A program made the translations under genes and the position numbers. Positions 29,312 to 38,727 of a stretch of 64,000 nt of DNA are shown here, in pieces (within the stretch, counting starts at the first letter, position 1; each line of letters begins with the position of its first letter). The stretch comes from Clostridium algoriphilum (lineage in GTDB: Bacteria > Bacillota > Clostridia > Clostridiales > Clostridiaceae), in NCBI RefSeq assembly GCF_020443705.1, contig NZ_JAIZZK010000011.1:10810-74809 (forward strand), read 5' to 3'. The notes below the pieces were generated by a model. That model saw nothing but the letters and a program-made list of their open reading frames with translations, made no database searches and was not told the origin of the DNA.

Positions 29312-30817
29312 ATGGAATTCATTATTAATAAAGTAAGCGGACTTATTTGGAGTAACGCACTGATCTTTTTATGTCTAGGTTCAGGTATTTATTTTTCACT
29401 TCGAACCCGATTTTTACAAGTAAGGCACCTTAAGCACATGGTAAGCTACTTATTTAATGGCGGTGACTCCAGTCACGGAGTATCTTCATTTCAAGCATTT
29501 GCAATGTCAGTAGCTGGTCGTGTTGGCACGGGAAATATAGCCGGCGTTGCTACTGCAATAGCCATGGGTGGTCCTGGTGCTATTTTCTGGATGTGGACTA
29601 TATCATTTCTTGGTGCAGGTTCATCTTTCATAGAATGTACTCTTGCCCAGGTTTATAAAGAAAACGTCGATGGAGAATATCGTGGCGGGCCCGCATACTA
29701 CATTGAAAAAGCTATGGGCGTAAAATGGTATGCAATTGCATTTGCTACCGTAACTGTAATTGGTATGGGTATTTTCGCTCCAGGCGTTCAATCAAATAGT
29801 ATTGTAGCTAGCGTAAATAACGCCTTTGGTATTAGTCCAATTATAACTGGCAGTATAGTAGTTATATTACTTGCTTTTATTGTATTTGGTGGTACAAAGA
29901 GGCTTGGAAAAGTTGCTGAAATTGTAGTACCTTTTATGGCACTTGCATACATATTAGTTGCTTTAACAGTTCTTGCATTTAATATTACAGCCGTACCTCA
30001 TATGTTCGCTTTAATAATTAAAAGTGCCTTTGGTGCTGAGCAAGCTTTTGCAGGTATACTTGGAGTTTCAATTCAATGGGGCGTTAAAAGAGGAATATAT
30101 TCAAATGAAGCTGGACAGGGAACAGGTCCACAATCAGCTGCTGCTGCCGAAGTATCCCACCCGGCCGTGCAAGGTTTAGTCCAAGCTTTTGCAGTTTATT
30201 TTGATACATTATTTGTATGTTCTGCAACTGCATTCATGATTTTATCAACTGGTAAATACAATGTTATAAATCCGGCTGGTGGATTTTTAGTAGAAAACAT
30301 TCCAAAAATACCAATCGGACCTGTATATACTCAAATTGCAGTTAGTACAGTCCTTGGGAAATTTGGAGGCCCTTTCGTTGCAATAGCATTATTTTTCTTT
30401 GCAATTACAACGCTTATGGCATTCTACTATATAGCAGAAACAAATTTAACTTATCTATTTAAAAATTCTAAATATAGCAAGGTCGTTACCAATGTACTAA
30501 GAATTGCAATTCTTGCTTCAACTTTTTATGGCTCTATTAAAACAGCAGAAACTGCTTGGGCACTTGGTGATATTGCTGTTGGAACCATGGCATGGCTTAA
30601 CGTTATTGCCATACTAATTCTTGGTAATGTTGGTCTTAAGGTTTTAAAAGACTATGAAAAGCAACTTAAAATGGGAAGAGATATAAAGACATTTATATTT
30701 GATCCCCAAAAACTAGGGATTAAAAATGCAAATGCTTGGTATAAAGTTAATGAAAGAAAAGTTAAAAGAGATGATAAAGAAGAACAAGCTATAATTGATG
30801 AACAAAATAATTCTTAA
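29312..30817 (+). CDS. Alanine/glycine:cation symporter (AGCS family)
   Basis: 501 aa; N-terminus MEFIINKVSGLIWSNALIFLCLGSGIYFSLRTRFLQ and overall composition typical of AgcS/DagA. Confidence 0.85.
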   Translation: MEFIINKVSGLIWSNALIFLCLGSGIYFSLRTRFLQVRHLKHMVSYLFNGGDSSHGVSSFQAFAMSVAGRVGTGNIAGVATAIAMGGPGAIFWMWTISFLGAGSSFIECTLAQVYKENVDGEYRGGPAYYIEKAMGVKWYAIAFATVTVIGMGIFAPGVQSNSIVASVNNAFGISPIITGSIVVILLAFIVFGGTKRLGKVAEIVVPFMALAYILVALTVLAFNITAVPHMFALIIKSAFGAEQAFAGILGVSIQWGVKRGIYSNEAGQGTGPQSAAAAEVSHPAVQGLVQAFAVYFDTLFVCSATAFMILSTGKYNVINPAGGFLVENIPKIPIGPVYTQIAVSTVLGKFGGPFVAIALFFFAITTLMAFYYIAETNLTYLFKNSKYSKVVTNVLRIAILASTFYGSIKTAETAWALGDIAVGTMAWLNVIAILILGNVGLKVLKDYEKQLKMGRDIKTFIFDPQKLGIKNANAWYKVNERKVKRDDKEEQAIIDEQNNS

Positions 30818-30818
30818 T

Positions 30819-30862
30819 AAAAAATCCAGTAGAATAATAAATTTATTCTACTGGATTTTTTA
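30819..30862. terminator. bidirectional terminator between agcS and SPFH gene (aaaaaatccagtagaataa / ttattctactggatttttt)
   Basis: 19-bp perfect inverted repeat flanked by A-run and T-run. Confidence 0.7.
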
Positions 30863-30883
30863 TTGTATTTAATGGTTAAAGTT

Positions 30884-33118
30884 CTATGATTTAATTTCAT
30901 GAGTATTTATTTCTTCAGCATTTATATTTTCTATACCTTTTGGCGACACTGCGCTTTTTTCACTTGCCATATTTGCAAGTACCATACTCATTATACCTTC
31001 CATTGCATTAGGTGTTTTTCCATCAGCCCCACCCATTATTATAGTTTGAGGTACAAGTGGAGATTTACTTATTTTTAATGCCTCTGCAAATGCTATCATT
31101 ACGCTTTGTCTAACTTGTAGATCTGGTCCACCATATGCCTCAACTAAAGCTTTTGCAGCTGTTCCCTTTGCAATTCCTACCTTTGTTTCTTGCTCAGCAG
31201 TAGCGTCCGCAACTGCTTTAATATTAAGTGCTGTTGCTTTACCTACTGTTTCAAGACTAAACGCCTCAGCACTAGCTTGTAGTTCTACTTGTTTAGCATT
31301 TGCACCGGCTGTTAATTCAATAGTTTTTGCCTGAGCTGCAGCCTGAGCTTCCCTTGTATATCTTTCCGCATCTGCTTCTTGAGTTCTTTTATATTTGTCT
31401 GCTTCAGCAAGTTTCTGCGTTTTTAATGCTAACTGTTCTGCTAACCTCAATTCAGATTTACCTTTATTATCAGCTACCTCTATGTCAATACTTGATTGTG
31501 TAAGCGCAGACTGTGCCATTGCTTTTGCCTGAGCCTCATTTAATTCCCTTTGCTTTTCAGCAGATTTTTGTTTAGCTTCATTTGTCTTAATTTCTTCCAT
31601 AGCTACTTGCCTATCTCTTAGTTGTGCAAGGATTTTCTCAATTCTTGTATCACTAGCTGAAGCAGCGGGTGTTCCAATTAGAACTTCTTGTAGCTCTAAA
31701 TCATATAATTTAAATTTACCTGTCATTTCATCTGCTGCCTGTTGCTGAATCTGACTTCGGTCCTGAACTAATTCTATAAGAGTTTTTGTTTGCCCAATAT
31801 TCTTGAAGTAACCAGCAATCATAGGATCAAGAGATTGCTCAATAAGCATTTTTATATCTCCAAATCTTTGTATAACTGATGATGCTTTTCTATAATCAAT
31901 ATTAAAGACTACTGTTAAAGGTAAATTTGGTTCAAAAGCATCCTTAGTTATTAAACTAATTTCTTTTAAGTTATCATCTAGCTTGTGTACTCCAGATTGA
32001 CCACTTATCCACTTTAATATTACATTAGTAGTAGGAACTGGCACAACTTTACCAGCATAAGTATTAAATGCGTACTTTCCTGGCATCATAGAATCTCTCC
32101 AAATACCTTTTTTACCTTGTTCTACAAGTTCTCCATGAGAGTAACCCGTACCTGAAACATCTTCACCCTTATCACCAAAATAGCTTACCACAACACCTAC
32201 ATATCCAATATCTATTATGCTTTTAGGTACTATATCAACATTTGCAAACATTCTATTAATGAAATAAACTCCATCAGTAAGTACTTGCATTTGCTTACCT
32301 TTTCTGCCATCTGCTGCTAAAAACTTCTCTGGCTCCTGAAAGTTATTGTGATAGAACTCATTATTTATACCATCACCAACAATAGGTGCTATAATTGCCC
32401 CATTGTCAGGAGTTGGTCCCTCATTAATAGTTACAATACCTATAGTATCTCGGCTACCTGGCTTATTAACTATTTTATTATATGAGGCTTCTATCTCACT
32501 ACCATCATCCTGCTGGGTATTTGGCTCAGAAGCCTTTGAACTTGATATAATTACAGGATTAAAACCACTTTGTTTTGCTAAATCACTTCGCATTGTTTCT
32601 ATTTGAGCTGTTTCATCCTTTGAAGTAAATATTGAGTGTACCCTATCTTTCGTAATTATAATAAATTGTGCTAAGTTAAATGCATAAGTACCCTCACGAA
32701 GAATTTGCCTTTGTGGTCCTTTTTGCCCACCATTATTTAAAAACGCTACAACATCTTGGAATGACTTACTTTGTGGTATAACCTTACCTAAAGTTTGACC
32801 ATCGCTTAAACTTTCTCCAGACCTCGAAAATACATAAGCTATTTGACCTTGTGGTATAGTTACGAGCCTTACTTTCTTAACCTTGTACTTGAATGGTGTT
32901 TTGAAATGAACACCAGCCCTTAGTACTTCTGGTTGGTAACCCGCTTCTCCTTTTAGTGCTATAAGACCATCAGCAGGTACTGATCCACCAGAGCTCCACC
33001 ATTTTTCAACAATGCCTACTTCATCTGGTCCTATGCTTGTGGACCCTATTCCATATGCAATTAAAATTAATATAATTATAACTATTCCTGCTATAATTAA
33101 GACTGTGTACAAACCCAT
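30884..33118 (-). CDS. Flotillin-like SPFH/Band-7 domain membrane protein, unusually large (744 aa) with inserted segments and long Ala/Glu/Gln coiled coil
   Basis: N-terminal TM helix, SPFH blocks, extended coiled coil, C-terminal flotillin-like tail. Confidence 0.7.
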   Translation of the reverse strand: MGLYTVLIIAGIVIIILILIAYGIGSTSIGPDEVGIVEKWWSSGGSVPADGLIALKGEAGYQPEVLRAGVHFKTPFKYKVKKVRLVTIPQGQIAYVFSRSGESLSDGQTLGKVIPQSKSFQDVVAFLNNGGQKGPQRQILREGTYAFNLAQFIIITKDRVHSIFTSKDETAQIETMRSDLAKQSGFNPVIISSSKASEPNTQQDDGSEIEASYNKIVNKPGSRDTIGIVTINEGPTPDNGAIIAPIVGDGINNEFYHNNFQEPEKFLAADGRKGKQMQVLTDGVYFINRMFANVDIVPKSIIDIGYVGVVVSYFGDKGEDVSGTGYSHGELVEQGKKGIWRDSMMPGKYAFNTYAGKVVPVPTTNVILKWISGQSGVHKLDDNLKEISLITKDAFEPNLPLTVVFNIDYRKASSVIQRFGDIKMLIEQSLDPMIAGYFKNIGQTKTLIELVQDRSQIQQQAADEMTGKFKLYDLELQEVLIGTPAASASDTRIEKILAQLRDRQVAMEEIKTNEAKQKSAEKQRELNEAQAKAMAQSALTQSSIDIEVADNKGKSELRLAEQLALKTQKLAEADKYKRTQEADAERYTREAQAAAQAKTIELTAGANAKQVELQASAEAFSLETVGKATALNIKAVADATAEQETKVGIAKGTAAKALVEAYGGPDLQVRQSVMIAFAEALKISKSPLVPQTIIMGGADGKTPNAMEGIMSMVLANMASEKSAVSPKGIENINAEEINTHEIKS

Positions 33119-33189
33119 AACTCCATCCCCCTTTGCAAACTATGTTTTGTTATATTATATGTCTGTATGATAGTATTAGTCTATAAAAA

Positions 33190-33222
33190 AAAACATCAAG
33201 ATCATAAGATCTTGATGTTTTT
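33190..33222. terminator. terminator hairpin 3' of tRNA-Lys (catcaagatcttatgatcttgatg)
   Basis: perfect palindrome flanked by A-run (T-run on - strand) and T-run on + strand. Confidence 0.65.
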
Positions 33223-33224
33223 TA

Positions 33225-33301
33225 TGGTGCTCCATCAGGGAATCGAACCCTGGACACCCTGATTAAGAGTCAGGTACTCTAACCAGCTGAGCTAATGAAG
33301 C
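33225..33301 (-). tRNA. tRNA-Lys (anticodon CTT), CCA encoded
   Basis: Reverse complement GCTTCATTAGCTCAGCTGGTTAGAGTACCTGACTCTTAATCAGGGTGTCCAGGGTTCGATTCCCTGATGGAGCACCA folds as cloverleaf: 7-bp acceptor, D-arm GCTC/GAGT, anticodon stem CCTGA/TCAGG with loop CTCTTAA, T-arm CCAGG/CCTGA with GTTCGATTC. Confidence 0.9.
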
Positions 33302-33417
33302 ATGTTCGACGTTTGACAACTTCTTTATTATATATCATTTAAAAGCATTTGTAAATACTTATTTATAAAACTAATAGATAAATATTATCCATTAGTTTTA
33401 TAAGATAAATATTTATA

Positions 33418-33978
33418 TTATTTTATATAATTTACGTTATTTTCTTTTCTTGCTGGGGCATTAGTTATCTCAATTTTTTTATATCCAAGGCAAAACGAAT
33501 GTATTTGTTTAAACCCTTCTGGTATTTCAAGTTCCTTAACAAATTTTTTACCCTCTTCGCTATTTAGTAGATAGGAAATAAGACCCACCCAACAACCACC
33601 AATTTCTAATGATTCTGCGGCTATCAGCATATTTTCCACTGCAACTCCACAATCAACCGAGGCATTGTCATTACTTTCGTCTCCAGATACTAATACTACT
33701 GTCGGTGCATTATAAAACACATGGAACTTTTCATTATCTGAAAATCTTCTAATATATTCATTATCAGATTTCATTGCAATTTCTTTAAAAGCCTCACTTA
33801 ATCTATCTATGATATCTTTTCTTTGAATTATGGTAAAGTGCCATGGTTGTTTATTAGTAGCACTTGGTGCATATAACCCTGCATCTATTATTTCTGTCAA
33901 ATCTGCGCCATTGACTTGCTCTGGTAAAAATGCTCTTGTACTTCGCCTGTTACGTATGTTTTTTAAAGTTTCATTCAT
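33418..33978 (-). CDS. Nitroreductase-family NAD(P)H:FMN oxidoreductase
   Basis: Start at MNETLKNIRNRRSTRAF (ggagg RBS); motifs RRSTRAF, APSATNKQPWHFTII typical of nitroreductase fold; ORF track extends 13 codons upstream. Confidence 0.8.
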   Translation of the reverse strand: MNETLKNIRNRRSTRAFLPEQVNGADLTEIIDAGLYAPSATNKQPWHFTIIQRKDIIDRLSEAFKEIAMKSDNEYIRRFSDNEKFHVFYNAPTVVLVSGDESNDNASVDCGVAVENMLIAAESLEIGGCWVGLISYLLNSEEGKKFVKELEIPEGFKQIHSFCLGYKKIEITNAPARKENNVNYIK

Positions 33979-34169
33979 TTTACTAGCCTCCATTTTCATA
34001 ATATATTCCGTTTTCATAATATGCTATTTTTAAATGTACCTTATATTTATTGATTTGTAAAGCCTTCGGGTAATATTATATTTCTTATATTGGGAGTAAA
34101 TATCCTATTTTTTTTGTTAGAAAAATATATGTATGATATAATTGAAGTTAATAAATTTAAACATAAGAG

Positions 34170-35804
34170 GTGAAACGAATGATAGAGATAAATGATACAA
34201 TAGCAGCTTTCATAGAAAATCTAAAAACTTCAGATGATAAACAAAGATCTGCTATAATAAATAAACTATCCTTAGATTATAATAATGCTATTCCCATGTT
34301 ATGGTCAAAAATAATAACTGAGGATGACCCACGAACATTACTTTCTGTTATGAGAGATATTCTAAAAAAGGAAAAACCAAAGGGAATGTTCAAAAGAACT
34401 ATTGGTAATTCAAGGGAAAAGCTTAGTGCTCTTCTTTCCCATTCTGATCCAAAGGTTCGTAAAAATGTATGTGGTGTTATTGGAGAACTTGGGGATCCTG
34501 CATATTTAGAGGCTTTGTACAGCGCTTACAACTCCGAAGAAAAACTATTTGTTCGATATTCCTATGTACTTGCAATAGGAAACTGCGGCAGTGCACATGA
34601 TGCAGAGAGGTTAAAGAATATGTTTGATGAAGTAGTTAAAAATGAAAAAGCTTCTAAAGACAATGACTCACGAGTAACAACTAATAAACATATTAATGAG
34701 GAAAAGCTTGCACTTACGAGAGCAATAGATAAATTATGCCCAATGCCACGTCATGAATTTAAGGGGTTTGAAAATCCCGTATCCATATTACTCACAGTTA
34801 TGAATTATCAGTATCAACTTACAATAAAGGAACTTGATGATAAATTAATTGATGGCAGACTCATAGATGATGGTATCCTTATATTTGAGAAGGATATAGA
34901 CAAAGTTTACACTTGCAGGACATTTTATGAACTATTATATCCTTTAGCTGATTGTAATGATTTAGAATTTGATTATAAGGTAATAGCTTCGGAAATTATG
35001 AATGCAAATATAGTAGGCTTTTTAAAGGAGTGTCATTATAGTGATATTAAATCTCCTTTTGGTTACAGAGTTGAATTTAAAACTATGGATTCTAATAGAG
35101 ATCGGTCTGATTTTGTAAAAAACTTGTCTAGAGAATTAGATGAGCTTTCCTGTGGAGACTTAAAAAATAGCCCTTCTTCTTATGAAGTTGAAATTAGAAT
35201 ACTTGAAAAAAATAATCTATGTAATGTTTTTGTAAAGTTATATTCCTATAAGGATAATAGGTTTGAGTACAGAAAAAATGATTTAGCTACCTCTATAAAT
35301 CCAGTAACTGCAGCTATCGTTATAAAATCCATACAAAAATGGTTAGAACCAAATGCTAACGTTATAGACCCATTTTGTGGTGCTTCAACAATGCTTATTG
35401 AAAGAGCTAAGTTAGAACAGTATCAATCTTTAACAGGCGTTGATATATTTAGAACTGCTATAACAGCTTCAACAATAAATTCCAAGTTAGCTAATGTAAG
35501 TATTGAGCTTATAGCCGACGATATACTGGAATTTAGGCCTTATGACCTATATGATGAAATTATAACAAATATGCCATTTGATAATAAGTCCACTACCCAT
35601 AATAAGTATGCTGAGTTATATAAAGAATTTGTAGACAAAATACCTAATCTTATTAAACCAGAAGGAATAGCATTTATCTATACAATAGAAAAACAATTAT
35701 TTAGGGAAGTTCTCTTAGATAATGATCAGCTTGAATTACTTCAAGAAATAAAAATTGAAAGTGGCAGGCTCACACCTCATGTATTTGTTTTAAAGTTAAA
35801 ATAA
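34170..35804 (+). CDS. Fusion protein: N-terminal HEAT/PBS-lyase-like repeats + C-terminal class-I SAM-dependent methyltransferase (Trm11/RlmL-like N6-adenine/N2-guanine MTase motifs)
   Basis: 544 aa; HEAT-like repeats HSDPKVRKNVCGVIGELGDPAYLEAL; MTase motif I VIDPFCGASTMLIE and motif IV ITNMPFD (NPPY variant); aagaggtg RBS. Confidence 0.55.
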   Translation: MKRMIEINDTIAAFIENLKTSDDKQRSAIINKLSLDYNNAIPMLWSKIITEDDPRTLLSVMRDILKKEKPKGMFKRTIGNSREKLSALLSHSDPKVRKNVCGVIGELGDPAYLEALYSAYNSEEKLFVRYSYVLAIGNCGSAHDAERLKNMFDEVVKNEKASKDNDSRVTTNKHINEEKLALTRAIDKLCPMPRHEFKGFENPVSILLTVMNYQYQLTIKELDDKLIDGRLIDDGILIFEKDIDKVYTCRTFYELLYPLADCNDLEFDYKVIASEIMNANIVGFLKECHYSDIKSPFGYRVEFKTMDSNRDRSDFVKNLSRELDELSCGDLKNSPSSYEVEIRILEKNNLCNVFVKLYSYKDNRFEYRKNDLATSINPVTAAIVIKSIQKWLEPNANVIDPFCGASTMLIERAKLEQYQSLTGVDIFRTAITASTINSKLANVSIELIADDILEFRPYDLYDEIITNMPFDNKSTTHNKYAELYKEFVDKIPNLIKPEGIAFIYTIEKQLFREVLLDNDQLELLQEIKIESGRLTPHVFVLKLK

Positions 35805-35838
35805 GGACATGAAACATATTACGAATTAAAATTATAAA

Positions 35839-35880
35839 GGAATAGATGCACCTAACCATTAGGCGCATCTATTCCTTTTA
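35839..35880. terminator. terminator (ggaatagatgcacctaa / ttaggcgcatctattcc) between MTase-fusion gene and nadE copy A
   Basis: 17-bp inverted repeat, one mismatch, T-rich tail. Confidence 0.6.
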
Positions 35881-35885
35881 CTATA

Positions 35886-36689
35886 TTATTTAATCCACCA
35901 AGTATCTTTTGGGGAAACTGCCGAATGTCTTTTATGTTTAGACACTGTATATAATTTTAAAATTTGCTTCTCGTATTCTTCTGATATATCTTCACCTCTT
36001 AAATACATACAAACCTGATGATTTAAGGCTGTTACTTCATCTAAATTAGATTTATTGTCCCACATACCAGTAGTTGGGATTTTATTAATTATAGACTGGG
36101 GTGCCTTAAATATTTTTGCCATTTCACAAATTATACTTTTTGTTATTCCAGCTAGTGGTTTTACATCTGCTGCATCGTCGCCATACTTAGTAACCATTCC
36201 TAGAGTTAGATTAGTTACACTTGAATAACCAGCAACTAGAACATCATAAACTTCAGCTATTCTATATATTACGGTCATTCTTATTCTTGATTTTGTGTTT
36301 CCTATGTCTACTTTTGATGAAGGTAGATTATGAAGAAGATCAATGGATTCATTTACGGGACCCATTATATCATATGTCCTAAATACATCTGGTTTTATAA
36401 TACGTATTGCAAGTTCTACATCAGCTCTGTCTGGTTCAATGCCAAATGGAAGTGATAAACTAATTAGCTCAAGTCCTGATTTTTTTATAAGCATACTTGT
36501 AACAAAACTATCTATTCCACCTGAAAGATGGCAAACATAACCTTTTTTTCCAGTGCTTTGAGCGTAATCTTTCAAAAAAGTAGTGATTTCTTCTATCATT
36601 CTATATGCATACTTTTCATCTGACTCATCTTGCAGAGGAGTAGGTATACCAAATTCATTAACTATTTCTTGTTGTTTTACTTTATCCAT
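35886..36689 (-). CDS. nadE: NH3-dependent NAD+ synthetase NadE, paralog A
   Basis: 267 aa; PP-loop HLSGGIDS at residues ~54-61, block VTKYGDDAADVKPLAGITKS matching NadE FTKYGDGGADLLPLTGLTK, C-terminal ...SKHKR...DTWW as in NadE (HKRQ...DDWWK); taaggagg RBS. Confidence 0.75.
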   Translation of the reverse strand: MDKVKQQEIVNEFGIPTPLQDESDEKYAYRMIEEITTFLKDYAQSTGKKGYVCHLSGGIDSFVTSMLIKKSGLELISLSLPFGIEPDRADVELAIRIIKPDVFRTYDIMGPVNESIDLLHNLPSSKVDIGNTKSRIRMTVIYRIAEVYDVLVAGYSSVTNLTLGMVTKYGDDAADVKPLAGITKSIICEMAKIFKAPQSIINKIPTTGMWDNKSNLDEVTALNHQVCMYLRGEDISEEYEKQILKLYTVSKHKRHSAVSPKDTWWIK

Positions 36690-36744
36690 ATCGAGCCTCC
36701 TTAAACTTATTTATACATTTAGTATAACACACTCTGTCTACAGT

Positions 36745-36762
36745 ATGTTAAAATATTAACAA
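36745..36762. promoter_or_regulatory. Candidate Rex operator (aTGTTAAaataTTAACAA) 56 bp upstream of nadE copy A
   Basis: 17/18 match to firmicute Rex consensus TTGTTAA-N4-TTAACAA. Confidence 0.5.
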
Positions 36763-36798
36763 TATTATTTTATATCTTTGAGTGCATACACAAGTAAA

Positions 36799-36838
36799 GG
36801 AAAGAGATGCTTCTAACCATTAGATGCATCTCTTTAAC
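36799..36838 (-). terminator. terminator after nadE copy B (aaagagatgcttctaa / ttagatgcatctcttt), near-duplicate of the hairpin at 35839
   Basis: 16-bp inverted repeat; same ccattag loop core as the downstream hairpin. Confidence 0.6.
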
Positions 36839-36845
36839 TTAAATA

Positions 36846-37649
36846 TTATTTATTCCACCAAGAATCTTTTGGAGATACTGGTGAATTTCTTTTGTGTTTA
36901 GAAACTGTGTACAATTTTATGATCTTTTCTTCATATTGTTTTTCTATGTCCTCTCCTCTTAAATACATACAAACCTGATGATTTAATTCTGTAACTTCTT
37001 CTTGGTTCGCTCTATTGTCCCACATACCCGTGGTGGAAACTTTATCAATTATAGTTTGAGGAGCATTAAATATTTTTGCCATTTCATAAATTATGCTTTT
37101 TGTTATTCCCGCAAGCGGTTTTACATCTGCTGCATCATCACCATACTTAGTAACCATTCCTAAAGTAAGCTCGGCCACATTTGAGAAACCAGCAACTAAT
37201 ACATCATAAACTTCAGCTATTCTGTATAATACGGTCATTCTTATTCTAGATTTTGTATTACCTATATCTACTTTAGAAGATGGTAAATTACGAAGTAGCT
37301 CAATGGATTCGATTACAGGTCCCATAACATCATAAGTCCTAAAAACATCTGGCATTATAATTTTTTTTGCAAGCTCTACATCAGCTATATCCGGTTTAAT
37401 TCCAAATGGAAGTGATAGACTGATTAGTTCTAGCCCTGATTTTTTTATAAGCATATTTGTTACAAAGCTATCTACTCCACCAGTAAGATGACAGACATAA
37501 CCCTTTTTTCCAGAGCTCTTAGCATATTCTTTTAAGAAAGAAGTGATTTCTTCTATCATTCTAAATGCATACTTCTGATCTGACTCATCTTTATGAGGAG
37601 AAGGTATAGCAAATTCATTCATTATTTCTTGTTGTTTAAGTTTATCCAT
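36846..37649 (-). CDS. nadE: NH3-dependent NAD+ synthetase NadE, paralog B (~80% aa identity to paralog A)
   Basis: 267 aa; HLTGGVDS PP-loop; collinear with copy A over full length; identical RBS context ttaaggaggctc. Confidence 0.75.
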   Translation of the reverse strand: MDKLKQQEIMNEFAIPSPHKDESDQKYAFRMIEEITSFLKEYAKSSGKKGYVCHLTGGVDSFVTNMLIKKSGLELISLSLPFGIKPDIADVELAKKIIMPDVFRTYDVMGPVIESIELLRNLPSSKVDIGNTKSRIRMTVLYRIAEVYDVLVAGFSNVAELTLGMVTKYGDDAADVKPLAGITKSIIYEMAKIFNAPQTIIDKVSTTGMWDNRANQEEVTELNHQVCMYLRGEDIEKQYEEKIIKLYTVSKHKRNSPVSPKDSWWNK

Positions 37650-37704
37650 GTTGAGCCTCCTTAAATTTATCTATAATAATAGTATAACACATCACATGAA
37701 AATT

Positions 37705-37722
37705 TTGTTAAAATATTAACAC
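37705..37722. promoter_or_regulatory. Candidate Rex operator (TTGTTAAaataTTAACAc) 56 bp upstream of nadE copy B
   Basis: 17/18 match to TTGTTAA-N4-TTAACAA; same spacing to start codon as the copy-A site. Confidence 0.5.
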
Positions 37723-37767
37723 ATATTAATGGTTAATATTTTATTCACCTCCAATATAGATTATAAA

Positions 37768-37812
37768 GAGAAAAAGTTTCAAAATGTACAATAAATTTTG
37801 AAACTTTTTCTC
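37768..37812 (-). terminator. terminator after rnfB (agagaaaaagtttcaaaat / attttgaaactttttctct)
   Basis: 19-bp perfect inverted repeat. Confidence 0.65.
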
Positions 37813-37831
37813 TAAAAGCATATTATTCTCT

Positions 37832-38707
37832 TTAATCTGCGAGATTTTGATTTTTAACCACTTTTGCAGCTATACTTTGCTCTGGCATTTTTTCTATACG
37901 CCCTTCAATTGCGCCCGTTGGGCATTTATATAAGCATGTATTTTCACTACACAATGAAACACAAATTTCTGTATCAACTACTGCTAAGTTATTTTCAATT
38001 TTTATTGCATTATGTGGGCAATTTTTGACGCATAGGCCACATCCAATGCAACCAATACTGCAAAGTTTACGTGCCTTAACACCTTTGTCATGTGAATTAC
38101 AATTTAATGCTACATGAATTCCAAGAGGAACTAATTCAATAACTTTCTTTGGACAAACTGTTTGACATTTTCCACAACCTGTACACTTTTGTTCATTAAT
38201 AATTGGTAATCCTTCGTCACTCATTGTCATTGCATCAAAAGGACAGTTTTTAACACAGGTTCCAAAACCAAGACATCCATATTGACATCCCTTTGGTCCT
38301 CCCTGTAGTAATGAAGCTGCAACACAATCTTGCACGCCTTTATATTCATATGCCTTTTTAGCTTTACTTACTGAACCCGCACATTTTACAAAAGCTACCT
38401 TTGGTTCTATCTCCGCTGCTTTTTTACCAGTTAATTCTGCTACCAGTTTCGCAATAGGTGCTTTACCTGGAATGCAAAGATTTGGTTCTACATCTGGATT
38501 TATAACCACGGCTTCTGCATATGCCATACACCCAGCAAATCCACAAGATCCACACTGTCCTTTTGGTAATATATCTTCAACTATATGAATCAATGGATTT
38601 ACTTCAATGGCAAACTTTTTATTGGCAAACGCCAAAACTAAACCAAATACTAGTCCAACTAATGTCATTACAACTAAAACTGCAATTGCAATATCTATAT
38701 TACTCAT
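37832..38707 (-). CDS. rnfB: Rnf complex subunit B (polyferredoxin with N-terminal membrane anchor)
   Basis: 291 aa; N-terminal TM helix, multiple CxxCxxCxxxCP 4Fe-4S motifs; last gene of rnfCDGEAB. Confidence 0.85.
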   Translation of the reverse strand: MSNIDIAIAVLVVMTLVGLVFGLVLAFANKKFAIEVNPLIHIVEDILPKGQCGSCGFAGCMAYAEAVVINPDVEPNLCIPGKAPIAKLVAELTGKKAAEIEPKVAFVKCAGSVSKAKKAYEYKGVQDCVAASLLQGGPKGCQYGCLGFGTCVKNCPFDAMTMSDEGLPIINEQKCTGCGKCQTVCPKKVIELVPLGIHVALNCNSHDKGVKARKLCSIGCIGCGLCVKNCPHNAIKIENNLAVVDTEICVSLCSENTCLYKCPTGAIEGRIEKMPEQSIAAKVVKNQNLAD

Positions 38708-38727
38708 ATTAATTTCTCAGCTCCCTT

